Assembly (NCBI GenBank): GCA_964016885.1
Contig: OZ024743.1
Coordinates: 343,108,001-343,172,000 of the forward strand
Source of the DNA: Eledone cirrhosa
Lineage: Eukaryota
Length of the DNA stretch: 64,000 nt
Reading direction: 5' to 3'
Made by a program: the position numbers and the translations under genes. Shown here one piece after another: positions 15,084 through 29,030 of this stretch (within the stretch, counting starts at the first letter, position 1; each line of letters begins with the position of its first letter). The notes below the pieces were generated by a model. The model was given only the letters and a program-made list of their open reading frames with translations, was not told the origin of the DNA and made no database searches.

Positions 15084-16208
15084 CAGTCGACCGACTTTCG
15101 TCAAATCGGACCAAGGAAACAATATTTCCATTGGTCTTTCCAATTGCTAATACTCTCTATCGATCGCAACTCCAGGTAGAAGGAGCAACGTGAATTAAAG
15201 TGTCTTGCCCAAGGACATAACGCATCGCCTGGTCTGGGAATCGAACTCACAACCTCACGATTCTCTAACCACTCAGCCACGTGTAACTGAAGACGCATGG
15301 CCTAGTGGTTAGATCGATGAGCTTGTAATCGGGAGGATGTGAGTCCGATTCTCGGACCGGATCATGCGTTGAACCAGTTTACTCAGCTGTATGAATGTGT
15401 TGCCACGTCACTGGTGCCAAGCTGTATCGGCCATTGCCAGCATCTATGACGTGTCTGTTTATGCACAGGAGGCGAGCCGCATATATTCTAGCCTTTAGAA
15501 CAAAAGCAAAATGAATGCTTCACCTTCAGATGAGGGATGACTCACAAGGAAGATGTATGTATATTTATGTATATATGTGTCTGCTATGATTCTGTTGTCC
15601 TTCTATTTTGATAGATGGATCCACGTTCTGGAATATATTATGTTGTTACTGTTGATTTCTTTCTATTTTACCCATCATGTTATTGTATTCTCATCTCTTT
15701 CTTCCAACTCCTATTATAGCCATATATGAATACTTATTTCAACGAAATAACTTCTTCTTTTTCTTCTTCTCTCTCTTCTCCTTCTTCTTCTTCTTCTTCT
15801 CCTCCTTCTTTTTCTTCTTCTCCTTCTCCTCTTCTACATCCTTCTTCTTCTTCTCCTCCACCTTCTTCCTCTTCTTCTTCTTCTTCAAGAATATCCAACT
15901 CATTTGCCGACAACAGGTTTCCAGAAAATAAGTCTGCCTGCAGTTTCATTGTGAATTTTCACATGTCCAGCTAATATACGTAAATGTAAATCTTTCAAAT
16001 TGAAGATTTCAACTTAACCTAATGCGTCCTTTGACGAGAAACTCAGGTTTAGTAATTACATAACATCGGATTTCCCAACGTTGCTTATGATATATAGGTG
16101 TGTGTGTTTGTGTGTGTTTTTTGCGTGTGTTTGTGTGTAGATTTTTGGGTGTGCACGAGAGTGCGTATGAGTGCAAATCCTATAGAATATGCATATATAT
16201 ATATACGT

Positions 16209-16279
<71 letters not shown>

Positions 16280-16819
16280 AGTTGACCGGACTAGCATAAG
16301 GTTTCTCTGCTAGTACCGGTCGAAGCTCAGCGTACTCAATAGGTAAGGTTATGTAAAAATCCCAGAGTAGGCACAAAGTTATTTGCTTCAATACAACACG
16401 CGTAAATATAAGGCCGGATAGTATATACAAGTGTAAGCATACATACCTAAAATCATTCTCTAAATACAGTCCAAGCTAACCCATGATTAGATCCTACAAC
16501 CCCATTTCCATTTTTCCTCTAAACCTATCTCATTTAACTTTCCGATCTTTAAGACAAAGATGGCTGGCGCCAAATCTATCGTTTCAACATCCCTCTAAAC
16601 TATAATAGCCACGTTTCTTTTCACTACAACAAACATACCCATTACTAAAAATAGTCCTCTCTGATCTATCGAATATTTCCTTTTCAAACAATGATATTTC
16701 TTACACCAACAGTACCAAATATATTTGAGGCCTATAGGTTACTATCTACGTCAGTTCTTCCTCTTTTTCTTCTACACTAATACCCTAAAAAATCATTATT
16801 GTATTATTTTTAATTCGAA

Positions 16820-17640
16820 AACCTTTGTATGCTGATGTTGCCTACTTTGTTGCACACTCAGAATCAGACATGCAGAACACGATAAATAAATTTTCTGAAG
16901 CATGTGCTCTTTTGGGGCTCACTGTAAACTTAACTAAGATCAAGGTGATGGATACTCCAGCATCAAGAAAACCTTATACTGTGCCAAATATATATGGGAC
17001 TAGGTTGGCGGTGGTGGATGCTTTTGTGTGTCTGGGTAGTACTCTGTCAAGGGGCGGGAGTTTAGATGCAGAAATACATTGTCTGCATTTTGAAAATTAG
17101 TGAAAAGGGTGTGATCAGACACAGTCATAAAATTGAGGAAAAGAATAACTGTGTATGAAGCATATGTGCTTACAGTTTTATTGTATGGGTGTGAAGCATG
17201 GACCGCTCACCAGCGGAATTTCAATATACTTGAAAGATTGCCGTAAAAGTGCCTTCGGCAGATCCTAGGTTTAAATGGAGAAGCATGACAATGAAGTTTT
17301 TCAAAGATCGGGGTGCTCTTTGTCATTAAGAGTCAGATGTGTTGGGTAGGGTATCTCGTTTGCATGAATGATGCAAGGCTTCCAAAAGAAATCTTTGATG
17401 GTGACCTTGTGCAAAGGAAAAGACCACAGCATAACCCTAAGGAGAGGAACAAAGATTGTATTAAGGAAAATGTAAAATATCTGGCTATAGATATAAATCA
17501 AAGGGAAAAGCAATCTCCTCATCGTAATACATGAAGAAAGACATTTAAATGAGGGTGTCAATTATTGGACGAAACGAAAAACGTATAAGCAGAGCTAAAA
17601 CAAACACTAAGAAAGATTGAGTTGGAAGGGCTTGAAAATG
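16820..17640 (+). mobile_element. 3' fragment of an RTE-clade LINE reverse transcriptase
   Basis: LYAD(D)VA..AHSESDMQ..INKFSEAC..LGLTVN..K.KVM, F.CLGSTLS, then LLYGCEAW and M.DARLPK.IF.G.L motifs, broken by stops/frameshifts. Confidence 0.75.
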
Positions 17641-17647
17641 TTGATTA

Positions 17648-19373
17648 CACCGTGTAACATATTTTTTGTTCCACGTCATTTCCTGGTTTGTTATATCCCA
17701 TTGTTATAAAAAGACACTATTATTTAATCAGAAGTTTGGGTTTGTGGTCAGGAGTTAGATATTTCGAAATTTTCATATTTTTCAAGAAAAAACACATTTT
17801 TTTTTTTATTTATCAGTTCATATAATTAAATCAACAGAGTATATATTTATTTTATTACACAAGCTTATCAAAAGCAAACAAGTAAAAACAAATAACACTT
17901 ATAAAGCAACTTATACACGTCAGAAATGACTGAATTTCCTAGATTTGGGATTGTAGTCCAGGTCGCATTCCCGCACTAGCCCCCAGATATAGTCCCCATC
18001 ATTTTTTCATTGTAGTGGCCCTGGTACCTCTGCTCTATCTCTTTCACATTTTGGTGGAATCGTTCGCCTTGTTCTTCTGAGTAGGCGCCCATATTGTCCT
18101 TGAATTTTTCCAGGTGAGCGTCCAGCATATGGAGTTTAAGCGACATCCTGCATCCCATGGCGCCAAAAACCTTTATCAGATCCTTCACCAGTTGCTGGTA
18201 GTTTTCAGCTCTGTAGTTTCCCAGGAAGCCCTTAACAACTGCCTTGAAACAGTTCCATGCTGTTTTCTCAATCCTATTGAGCTTATTGGAGAACTCGGTA
18301 GACTCTAACACATTTTTTTATCTGAGGTCCAACAAAAATTTCACCTTTGATTTTGGCCACACATAACTTGGGGAAGAACTCAAGAAGGTACTTAAAAGCG
18401 GCTGGTTCTTGGTTGAGAGCCTTCACAAACTGCTTCATCAACCCCAACTTAATGTGCAGTGGCGGCATGAGCACAATCATGGGATCAACCAGTGGCTCCC
18501 ACACGACATTCCGGGTCCCAACTACAAATTCTGTTCGCTGCTCCCAGTTCTTCCTTTTGTAGTGATCAGAGGTGACTCTGCTGTCCCAAAGTCAGAGGAA
18601 GCATTGGAATTTGATAAAGCCTCCTTGGAGTCCAAGCAGGAAAGCTACCATCTTGAAGTCTCCAGTGATTTCCCAATTGTACTGGTTGTATTGCAGAGCT
18701 TTCAAGAGGACTTTCACACTGTAGTAATCTTCCTTCAGGCAGACTGAATGAGCTAGGGGCAGTGTCGGGAACTTGTTTCCATTGTGGAGGAGGACAGCCT
18801 TCAAACTTGTGGTGGAGCTGTCTATAAATAGCCGCCACTCCTTGGGCACAAACGGTACCCCAATAACGTCAAACAGTCCAGGCACGTCATGGCAGAAGCA
18901 GAGGCCGTCCCTAAGAGTGTAAAAGCCTGAGAAAGGTTCGTGTCGACTTCTCTGACTTGTCACCTGCACTTCCTCCTTGACCAAGTTCCACTGTTCATCC
19001 TGGAGACGAATGCTTAAAACACACTTATTCAGGGTGCGAAAATCCAGTATCAATAAATCTCTTTAATCCACTTTTTAACAATTTTATACTTTATTGCACT
19101 TTTATAATTTTCTTTAGGTAGTACTCTTTATTTTATAATTTTAATTTAACCTGAAACATATATAAAAAAAAATTATTTAACATAAGCAAATTAAACTTAC
19201 ATACAACGTAAAATCCAGCGTACAAATAATTCTAGTAAATAGCTTAGAATTTTTACAAACCCAAACTTTTAACTGTTTAATAGCACTTTTTTTATTTATT
19301 AGGGACCTAAGCAACACAAAAAAAGTGATTACAAGCCAGGAACAGAGAAAAAAGAAATTTTTGTTACACGGTG
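17648..19373 (-). mobile_element. Chapaev3-type (CMC) DNA transposon, internally deleted, frameshifted transposase
   Basis: TIRs CACCGTGTAACA (17648) / TGTTACACGGTG (to 19373); TTA TSD at 17645-47 and 19374-76; transposase pieces WRLFIDSS..LKAVLLHNGN, GDFKMVAFLLGLQGG, PPLHIKLGLMKQFVKAL, SEEQGERFHQ. Confidence 0.8.
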
Positions 19374-19716
19374 TTATTGGAATTGCAATTTCTGTCACCG
19401 TGTCTTTCTAAAGCTGGTTTGTAAACAATATGAAAACGCATGAATAAACAATGACAGAGGCAGATTATGTTGCAAAAGAGATGTAGGACAATCTCCCGAT
19501 TAAAATGCCATATGAAGTTTCATCAACACGAAATTACACATCCTGATCCAATAAACCCAGTACACACACTGGCATACATCTGTTACTTGTGACAAAGACC
19601 TTGTAAATCAGTTGCTAGAGGGAAAACACACCTTCGTGCACATGGGAGGGTGTAAACTTGCTGGAGGGATTGAGATGATGTTGAGATGGTTATCATCTGA
19701 CACAAGATGAAGCAAT

Positions 19717-19818
<102 letters not shown>

Positions 19819-19857
19819 CAAGGACGATTTGTTGAGCCTTCATTACGTTTATTGATT

Positions 19858-19934
19858 GGTGACGCGCGTTTCGCTATTGATCAGCTCAAGGTTCGATCTG
19901 GCTCGACTCTGGAATCAAAAGCTCGTCGGAGCTC
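19858..19934 (-). ncRNA. Hammerhead motif (U4C variant) in a (TA)n-bounded pLTR-like fragment
   Basis: Minus strand: CCGACGA-gct.ttgat..cag/ctg.atcaa.agc-GAAAC-GCGC-GTC, followed by AATAAA; stem I weak. Confidence 0.55.
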
Positions 19935-19964
19935 TGCTGTTGTAATGACAGAATGAACATATAA

Positions 19965-20058
<94 letters not shown>

Positions 20059-20215
20059 CATATATGTATGTATATATATACACACAGAGGTATCCACAGT
20101 AAGTTGTGGGGTCTATCCTGTATGAAGAACTCGATGTAATCGATATGTTGAAAATGCTGTAGGTTAAGATAAATCTCGGAAAACAATAAAACATTAAAAG
20201 GAAAACAGAGTCATG

Positions 20216-20589
<374 letters not shown>

Positions 20590-20697
20590 GGGTGACTGAG
20601 AGAGAGAGAGTGAGAAACTTAATCTAAATTCAACCGCTTAATCAATTTTTTTCTCTCAGGAAAACATGCTAAAGTCTTATCCCGTATTTATTTACAG

Positions 20698-20904
20698 ATG
20701 ACCCGCGCTGTGTAAAGAAGCATGGTAATAACGTTGACCCCGATGACTGCTCTAAGTTTATTTCCTGTACTAACGGCACTTTAATGGCATTCCAGCGTTG
20801 TGGAGACGGTACTCTCTACTACCCCAAGAATGACAGTTGCCAGTTTGCCTACGCTGTTGCCGAAGACTGCGGTAACAGGAGAATACCTGACACCATTCTT
20901 ATAC
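20698..20904 (+). CDS. Coding exon 2, chitin-binding type-2 domain 2 (missed by the ORF track)
   Basis: Acceptor tttacag| at 20697; reads (D)DPRCVKKHGNNVDPDDCSKFISCTNGTLMAFQRCGDGTLYYPKNDSCQFAYAVAEDCGNRRIPDTILI; donor C|gtgagt at 20904/20905; phase 1-1, in frame with exons 1 and 3. Confidence 0.88.
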
Positions 20905-21347
20905 GTGAGTGTTCAATTCCAATCCAATATTATTATTTTTTTTTTTTTTTTTTTGTAATCTGAAGTGTTGTCATCTTAACGGAAATGACTATAACAATAG
21001 TCAATTGATATAAATAACATTTGCCGAGCGAATGAGGTAACCATTGCGCTAAGGAGTCTCTGACCGCTGGGTGCCATATTTTAGAAGATTTCAAGCCAGT
21101 TGGTAGGTGTGTAAACAAACGATTGACTTCAGAAGCATTGGAATATTTTGAAATTTGAAATATAATCGACCTGCACAAGTTTCCAGCTTCGTTAATTTCT
21201 ATTAAATAATTTCCACTGCTTTAAAATATCCCTAGTATTTCACTGGTGCATTTTACACTATGATGTGTATTCAATCTATTATCTGGTGGTTGTCCTATGC
21301 TTAACCCATTTTGCCATTTCGTCTCTCCAAAAGAAAAGAAATGACTA

Positions 21348-21394
<47 letters not shown>

Positions 21395-21401
21395 CAGGGA
21401 G

Positions 21402-21477
<76 letters not shown>

Positions 21478-22287
21478 CAGTAAGCTGTACTGACGAAGGG
21501 TGATACCCAGAAACATTAGTGGTCGCAGTAAATAAAGGATTATGAGTTCATGCAATTGACTTATGTTTCGTCACTATATATATATATATATATATATATA
21601 ACGGCGATGAATTAGTTTTGCGAGGTTTTTGATATGAAATCGTGTGTCGAAACAAATATTGATATACTTGGGGAGGGTCATAAGAGAAGTATAAATAAAT
21701 AAATAAATAAATACATACACAAGCACAATAACAACAAACACATATAAACACACACTAGTAAACTATGATAGAATACAATAACCAATACACAGTCACCCAA
21801 ACACGAACACACATCAAACAAAACACTATACACACACGCAAACCCATGCGCAGAGAAGACAAAAAAAAAACAAATAAATAAATAAACAGACTAAATAAAG
21901 ATGGCGTAAGCATACAATACAACGGGAGGAAACATAACAGCACCATGTTGCAGATGTGCAACGAAAGAACTTTGTTAGACTATATATATATATGTGTTTG
22001 TGTCTATATTGTATCTGTATTTTTGACCGTTGGTCAGTCAATGGTAACATTGAGGACCGAATAAATTAAATTAACCGATATAAAAGACACAGAAGCGAAA
22101 ACCAACCAAACAGTGAGTGTGTTCTGTTATTAATTCTGGCAATATTATTACACAAATATGACTCTACCTAAGTATAACAATATATATATATATATATATA
22201 AAATTGAGGTAAGCGGAGCAAGCAAGATTCAAACAATTTTTTAAAATAAATAAAAAAATATAATTTAAATATTTACCTATTCCAATT

Positions 22288-22370
22288 GCTTTTACCGACG
22301 GTTTCACTTCACAAAAGACTGGAGATCCCTAGGAACTTCCAATGGAAAAGTTTAGATCATCAGAGAGCAT
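22288..22370 (-). ncRNA. Degenerate hammerhead-like motif in an intron 2 repeat
   Basis: Minus strand: gctct-CTGATGA...GAAACC-GTC-GGTA-aaagc; stem II poorly paired. Confidence 0.35.
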
Positions 22371-22702
22371 TTTCATTTCCTAGGACAAAAAGTCCCAGGA
22401 ACGGCAAAATATATTGCCATCTGCCAGCTAGCACAGGATCGAATGGGGTCGAAAATTTGACCTATGCTTTAACTTCTGATGAAGTTGTAGTGGTGCCGTC
22501 TTGGGCATTTTATATATATATTAAATATATAAATAGATAAATAAATGACATTGTTAATTAATAAATAAATCAACTAATACCTTAACACTTCACACAAAGT
22601 AAAACATTTCGTTTTAATCATTTTCTAACCCAGAAAAAAAGAAAGAAAAAAATGAAAAAAATATATTTTTCTTCCTAATAATAATCGTCTCTTTCTCCCT
22701 GT

Positions 22703-22758
<56 letters not shown>

Positions 22759-23621
22759 ACTTTTAACTTCTGATGAAGTTGTAGTGGTGCCGTCTTGGGC
22801 ATTTTATATATATATATATATATATACCTGGCGGATTCCATCTCTCCAGGTCAGATTTCTCCCAGAAAAGGTGTGGGAGAAAAAGAAGGGAAATAAGAAA
22901 AAGATACGACTACAGTACTGAACTGACCTGGTACTTTTTCATCGAATTCGAAAGGCTGAAAGGCAAAGTTGAGCTCAGTATGGTTTGAACTCAGATCGCA
23001 GAGAGTCGGAACGAATATCGCAAAGCATTCTATATCCGACGTTCTAATTACTTCTATATCTAATGACGCCAATTTGCCGCCTGCCTAGGTAATTTAATAA
23101 TAGGCCATAATGAAAATGAAAAGATGAATGAAAAAACTATGACATCATTTACTGTTGGGTGCTTTATATTTTAAGTACTAGCGGAGGTAAATATAAGGAC
23201 AGTTTTAATATTTTGCAACACTTTGTGTGCTGTTAAAATCAATGCGGACAGCTACTTGAGTTCATAGAGTTAGTCCGTGACCAAAAGAAGAAAAGATAAT
23301 TTGTATCTCGTCCCTAGGTCTACCCTTTACTCGTGGCTAAGATATCGTCAGTTCACATTGCCAGATTATAAACAAATGGCTACAATCAGTGGAATCGCAG
23401 TGCAAAATTAACAAACGTTTAAATAGCTTAAAGTGTTTAGTTCAAATTCCCAATAGGTTTCATCACCCAAAATTCTGTAGAAGCAAGATCCTTAAAAATC
23501 CTTAGCAGCTGTTTTTGATTTGATGGCGGTCTTTAATACTCCTAACTTATTAATTTGACGATGGAAAATATTTCAATTGATTGCTAACGCAATTTCCTTT
23601 CTAATTTTTTTACATTTGAAG

Positions 23622-23818
23622 CTGACGAAGACCCGATGTGTCAAGATGTGAAAGACGATGTCGTTCCTGATCCATCAAGTTGTTACCATTTCTTTTACTG
23701 CCACTACGGACGCTTAGGACCAAGGCACCGATGTCCAGCTGGTACCGCTTTCTCTACACACAGTAAAGCCTGCGAATGGTCAGCCAAAACAAGTTGTGGT
23801 GGACGCACGCGACGTTAG
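23622..23818 (+). CDS. Coding exon 3, chitin-binding type-2 domain 3, ending in TAG
   Basis: Pyrimidine tract + tttgaag| acceptor; (P)DEDPMCQDVKDDVVPDPSSCYHFFYCHYGRLGPRHRCPAGTAFSTHSKACEWSAKTSCGGRTRR*. Spliced CDS 277+207+197=681 nt = 226 aa + stop. Confidence 0.88.
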
Positions 23819-24264
23819 AATTTATAACAATGTGGTTTAAATATCCCGAAAACAATCATTCTTTCTAACAAGACGGTAAAGTATTAAAGAAAGCAACACT
23901 ATTAACAACAGCAATCAACAATAACAACAACACCAAAAATGACGTCAACAACAATGAAGATGATAACAATATAACAAGAAAAGGAAGAATAAGAAAAAAT
24001 TATAAAACATGTTATTTTGTGTAAATGATAGCTAAGCTGTCCCTAGGAAGACAGCTCCATGGATTAGTATTCAAAAGGTCTATTTATACCTTTTTTCTGT
24101 ATTACGCTGATTCTGTCTCATTTAAACGCCTATAAACATTTAACGTTTTTTTATGTAAGTTTTAAAAAATACAATCAATTAATTATACTAACATTAATCA
24201 TTAAAGTGTTTGCAAAATATTTCAACGAATTGTATTTGTTTTATTATTTAAGTGGCTTGAGGGC

Positions 24265-24880
24265 GAGGGATTGGCAGTATCGGGAGAGGGTCGGACGCCA
24301 TGCTTTGCAGCATAGACTTACACCCCTTTACGGTCTGAGTTCAAATCCCGCTGAAGTTAGCTTTGCCTTTCATCCTTACAGGTCGATAAAATAAAGTACC
24401 AGTCACACACTGGAGCCGATTAAATCGACTTTCCCCTCCCCTAAAATTGCTGGCCTTGTGCCTATATAAGAAACCATAGAGGGCCGGACGCCATGCTTTG
24501 TAGCACAGTTACGTCACTTTATGGACTGAGTTCAAATCCTGCCGAGGTTAACTTTGTCTTTCATCCTTAAGGGGTCGATAAAATAAAGTACCAGTAATAC
24601 ACTGGGATAATTGCTGGCCTTGTGTCAAAAAGTAGAAACAATTATTTAAGTGGCTTGAGGGCGAGGGATTGGCAGTATCGGTAGAGCGTCGAGACCATGC
24701 TTTGCTGCATAGACTTACGCCCCTTTACGATCTGAGTTCAAATCCCACCGAGGTTAGCTTTGTCTTTCATCCTTACGGGGTCGATAAAATAAGCACTGGT
24801 AATGTACTGGGGTCGTTTTAATCGACTTTCCCCTCCCCCAAAAAAGTTGGCCTTGTGCCTATAATAAAAACAATTATTTA
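24265..24880 (+). mobile_element. Three head-to-tail copies of the dominant tRNA-derived SINE
   Basis: Each has A-box-like ggattggcagtatcggtagag (partial in copy 2), B-box gagttcaaatcc, conserved tttgcctttcatcctt..ggggtcgataaaataaagtaccag, and tail gctggccttgtg. Confidence 0.88.
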
Positions 24881-25547
24881 AGTGCCTTATATAAAAAGGG
24901 TCGGCAATATTTATAAATGACCCCTATTTTTCAAGAGGATTCTTAAATATTGAAATTCCACGACATTAATTTTGCTTTCGACTGTTCCATGATTTAGTAT
25001 GGTATTAGCAAGTCCATATAAAGCTGATAAAAGACTCAGCCCAAACGTGAAATGTAGATTCAAATTCAAACTTCATTAAGTAGTTTATTAATAAGTTTAA
25101 AAAACATGATTTATATATAGGTTACAGGTATATACATATAGTGTACATAATATATTTTCAAGTAGCAGAACAGAAAATAACTAGAATTGTGTGGATGAAA
25201 CCGTCTCAAAATTGTAGCTCCATATCAACGGATTCACTTACCCACCCTCTGCTCAGACCTGGGTATTAGTGATATTAACTGAAAGTGGTAAGAGGGCAAA
25301 GAATGAATGTCACACTATCACCTCATACACAACCCAGTCCGCTTTTAACTCAGGACGAAATAGCACCCATGGCGTCATACGACCTGCTATAAATAACAGT
25401 AAAATCTCTCTTAAATTGTATCCTACTGTCTTACAAAAGGGAAGAAGGTATTGGATCGTGAGGTCTTCAGTACACTGTGTTTAAAATTTAGATGAGATAT
25501 GTATGATTGGAACGAATTTGACATTGTACTGTCTATGTTGATGTGTA

Positions 25548-25609
<62 letters not shown>

Positions 25610-25735
25610 GTCTGTCTGTCTCTCTGTCTGTCTGTCTTTCTGTCTCTCTGTCTCTCTGTCTCTCTGTCTGTCTGTCTCTCTGTCTGTCTGTCTGTCTCTC
25701 TGTCTCTCTGTCTCTCTGTCTGTCTGTCTGTCTGT

Positions 25736-25793
<58 letters not shown>

Positions 25794-26114
25794 CACAAGG
25801 AATTGCGTGTATAAGAAGAAAAAGAGTACTCAATACATGTTTTAGGGTTTTATCATATATCTTGCAATCCGAAACCTCCACGAATCACTCTTTAGAGTTT
25901 CACTTTTACGATCTTCAGGGAGTCGGAAATAACCGACAATATACAACCAGTATACATAGCTTCACATAGAAAAGAAAAGGCAAAAATATTCGAACGTAGA
26001 AATATTTGAATGCTGGGTGTTAGGTGGTCTAAGAGAAGCCTATTTATGTATTTTGAATGTGAGCGATTGTTTATGCCATGTGCTCTGACTTTGTTGTTAA
26101 ATGATAGTTGAATA

Positions 26115-26962
26115 CGAGGTTTGTCCGAAAGGAAACATGACTGGGGTCGCAAAAGATATTTCAAATCCAAACTACAAACTACAAGTTTTCCCATTCGAAA
26201 TAATCCCCCTCGAGTCTAACGCATTTTCCCATCACTCTCCGCCATGCCTTCGTGCACTCCTGGAAGGATTCTCTCTGGATTCTCCGCAGCTCTGTCAACA
26301 CGGCCCCCTTGATGGCTCTGACACTTGGTCTCCGAGTCACCTCGAAGAGCTGTGATTCATTACAGCTGATGACTCCCCCCAACAAGTTTGGTTCGGTTTC
26401 AAGATGCTCGAGGATATCCTGACACACATGCATGCACCGCTCCTTCTGGTCATTGTTCAGCAGCTTCGGCATCATCTTCACACAAAATCCCCCCAAATGC
26501 TGTTGCGATTCATGTCCGTTTCACTTACGATCAGTCGAACAGTCAGCCGACGATTGCCACGCACCATCTGTCCCACGCGCTCAACATTGGCCACAGACCT
26601 GTTCGTTGAAGACCTTCCGCTCCTGGTGTCGTCATCAACCTTTTGTGCTACTCGAAATTCCGTGAGCACGACATTGTCTCATCTCAACCCATGAGCATGA
26701 CATTTGTTGCAGTATTCCGAATTCTTCAAACAGAATTTCCCCAGCCGGACCTGAAACTTCAGGTTGGTTCGTTACTCTATGCCCATAATTCGATGGTCTA
26801 AAATTGAGGAGCTGTTAACAAAAACACGTGAAAAAAGATACAATAGCTGTAGAGAGCTGAACTCGCAGTTATATATTCACACAGTGACGCAATCCGCAAA
26901 TCCCTACCCCACTCATAGCTGACACAGCACACTAAGTCCTGTTACTTTTCTGACACACTTCG
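26115..26962 (-). mobile_element. Internally deleted mariner (Tc1/mariner) element
   Basis: Imperfect ~28-bp TIRs (CGAGGTTTGTCCGAAAGGAAACATGACT / AGTCCTGTTACTTTTCTGACACACTTCG); TA at 26113-14 and 26963-64; fragments DDDTRSGRSST..NRRLTVR, PKLLNNDQKERCM, KCVRLEGDYFE. Confidence 0.85.
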
Positions 26963-27241
26963 TATATATATATGTGCGAGTATAATATGTAGATTCCCGA
27001 GTTGTGTCGGGAGTAACCACAGTTGGGTATATATACATAATATATGTATATGTATATATACATATGGCGTCCAACCCTCTACCGATACTGCCAATCCACT
27101 GAGACTAATCATGTGAACTTGCATAACTACTATCGATTAGTCACTATATCAATTTATCATGACCGATAAACCTTCTGAAACGATCGTAAAACAATGAATT
27201 AATGAAGCACTAAACAATTTTGCTTTCGTGTGTGTGGGGGG

Positions 27242-27284
<43 letters not shown>

Positions 27285-27288
<4 letters not shown>

Positions 27289-28190
27289 AAAAATATACAA
27301 AAAATTGGTATCAAAATTTATAATAATCAAATATATGAAAAATATATGACAAATTACTAAACCATTTCGAATGTGACAATTTAATAGAAAGATGTGTATT
27401 AAAACATGGAAGAATGCAGTGTTGTAATATATTGTTGTCGGTGAGCGATAAAGATGCCTGAAGAATAAATTGTTTTAATTGATAAATGTTTCAAGGCATT
27501 GTACATGGTACAAAAGATTTTTTTTTTTTATATCAAGATAAAAAATATGCGATATATATGTAATAAAAATTATGAGAAAAATTATACATCCATAATTCAG
27601 AATTCTAAAATTTATGAAATTTCGAACTTGAATTAAAAATGGATTGCAAAGGAAAGGGTTTTAAAATGGGTGAATCAATTATTAACACCAATTTCTTTCA
27701 CTTCAATTCCTATCTATTCACCTTAGGTTAATTTTATTCATTTCAAATTCATTTACCTCCAACTTTTTTAATCCTTTACATCTCCAATCCATTTTTATAT
27801 GAACTTTTACATTTTGTAATTTATTTTTTGGAATTCTATAAATTTATATTCATCATAATTTTTATCACATTTTATTGCATATTTTTATCTCATATTTCTG
27901 CATTGGATAAATATTTTATACCATCTATATCGCCTTTAAACATTTATCAGCTAAACCAATTTATTCTTTATTTATATTTAGTCCTTGCCCACTCACATAT
28001 ATATATATTACCACTCGACTTTCATATAACATCTTCCATTTTTCAATACACATTTTTCTGTTAACGCTTTACATTCGAATAAATTTTAGTAACTTTTAAT
28101 ACATTTTTCATACTGTCAATTTTTTAATATAATTTTGTCTATTGTTTTGTGCTTTTTCATATATTACATTTTATTTCTATATATGTTTTC
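27285..28190. repeat. Old, diverged ~0.9-kb inverted repeat
   Basis: For example ttcgaatgtgacaatttaatagaaagatgtgtattaaaacatgga (~27367) matches the reverse complement of tccatttttcaatacacatttttctgttaacgctttacattcgaa (~28036); further collinear matches toward a centre near 27720. Confidence 0.6.
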
Positions 28191-28685
28191 GGAATTTAAC
28201 AAAAAACAAAAACGTATTATGTAACAAACAGCTTACATGCAAGATACATAAATATGACAGCTCTCAATCTCTTCCAGCGCCCAATCAAGATCCAATATTA
28301 CATTCAAATATTTGTTTTAGCGGTGGTGATAGTGGTGGTGGAGGCGGCGGCGACAGTGTTCTGGGGAAAATTATATATGCTGGTTGTACTCGCTCCAAAA
28401 TTCAGTCTCGTCGGTTGATCAGAAACGTGAAACTCGGAGTAATGTTTCATGAAGTTTCCGGCTTTCAAAAAAAATGTAAGATATTTAGATACTATTTCTA
28501 GCACATCGAGCTCCCTCGTGGTGAACACAGCAAAGACAAACAGTGGGAACAGAATTAGAACACGTTGTGTCTCTTCAATATTTGTTTAGGGTAATGTAAG
28601 TCCCATCACAGTATTTGGATCTGGTAAGTCTAAGGCAGCAACTGTGCATATTTGTGTTTTTGTATTAGTTGGCTGATTTCTGATT

Positions 28686-29030
28686 TCGGCACAAGGCCAG
28701 CAATTATCCCAGTGAATTACAGGTGCTTTATTTTATCGACCCCGTAAGGATGAAAGGCAAAGCTAACCTCGACGAGATTTGAACTCAGAACGTAAAGGGC
28801 CGTAACTCTATGCTGCAAAGCATAGTGTCTGACGCTCTACCGATACTGCCAATCCACAGCCTATAATGATGATAATAATTGTTTCTATTGTTGGCACAAG
28901 GCCAGCAATTATCCAGTGTATTACTGGTACTTTATTTTATGGACCCCGTAAGGATGAAAGGCAAAGTTAACCTCGACGGGATTTGAACTCAGACCGTAAA
29001 GGGACGTAAATATGCTGGAAAGCACGGCGG
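28686..29030 (-). mobile_element. Two tandem SINE copies (same family), minus strand
   Basis: ggcacaaggccagcaatt..tttattttatcgacccc.taaggatgaaaggcaaag..atttgaactc..gatactgccaatcc. Confidence 0.85.

Noticed and set aside
21486-21530. CTGACGA..GAAAC..GTC hammerhead-like motif (similar weak ones at ~31495-31525 minus and ~32011-32055)
   Set aside because: Stems are out of register or cores are mutated; probably decayed pLTR remnants, not callable as ribozymes.
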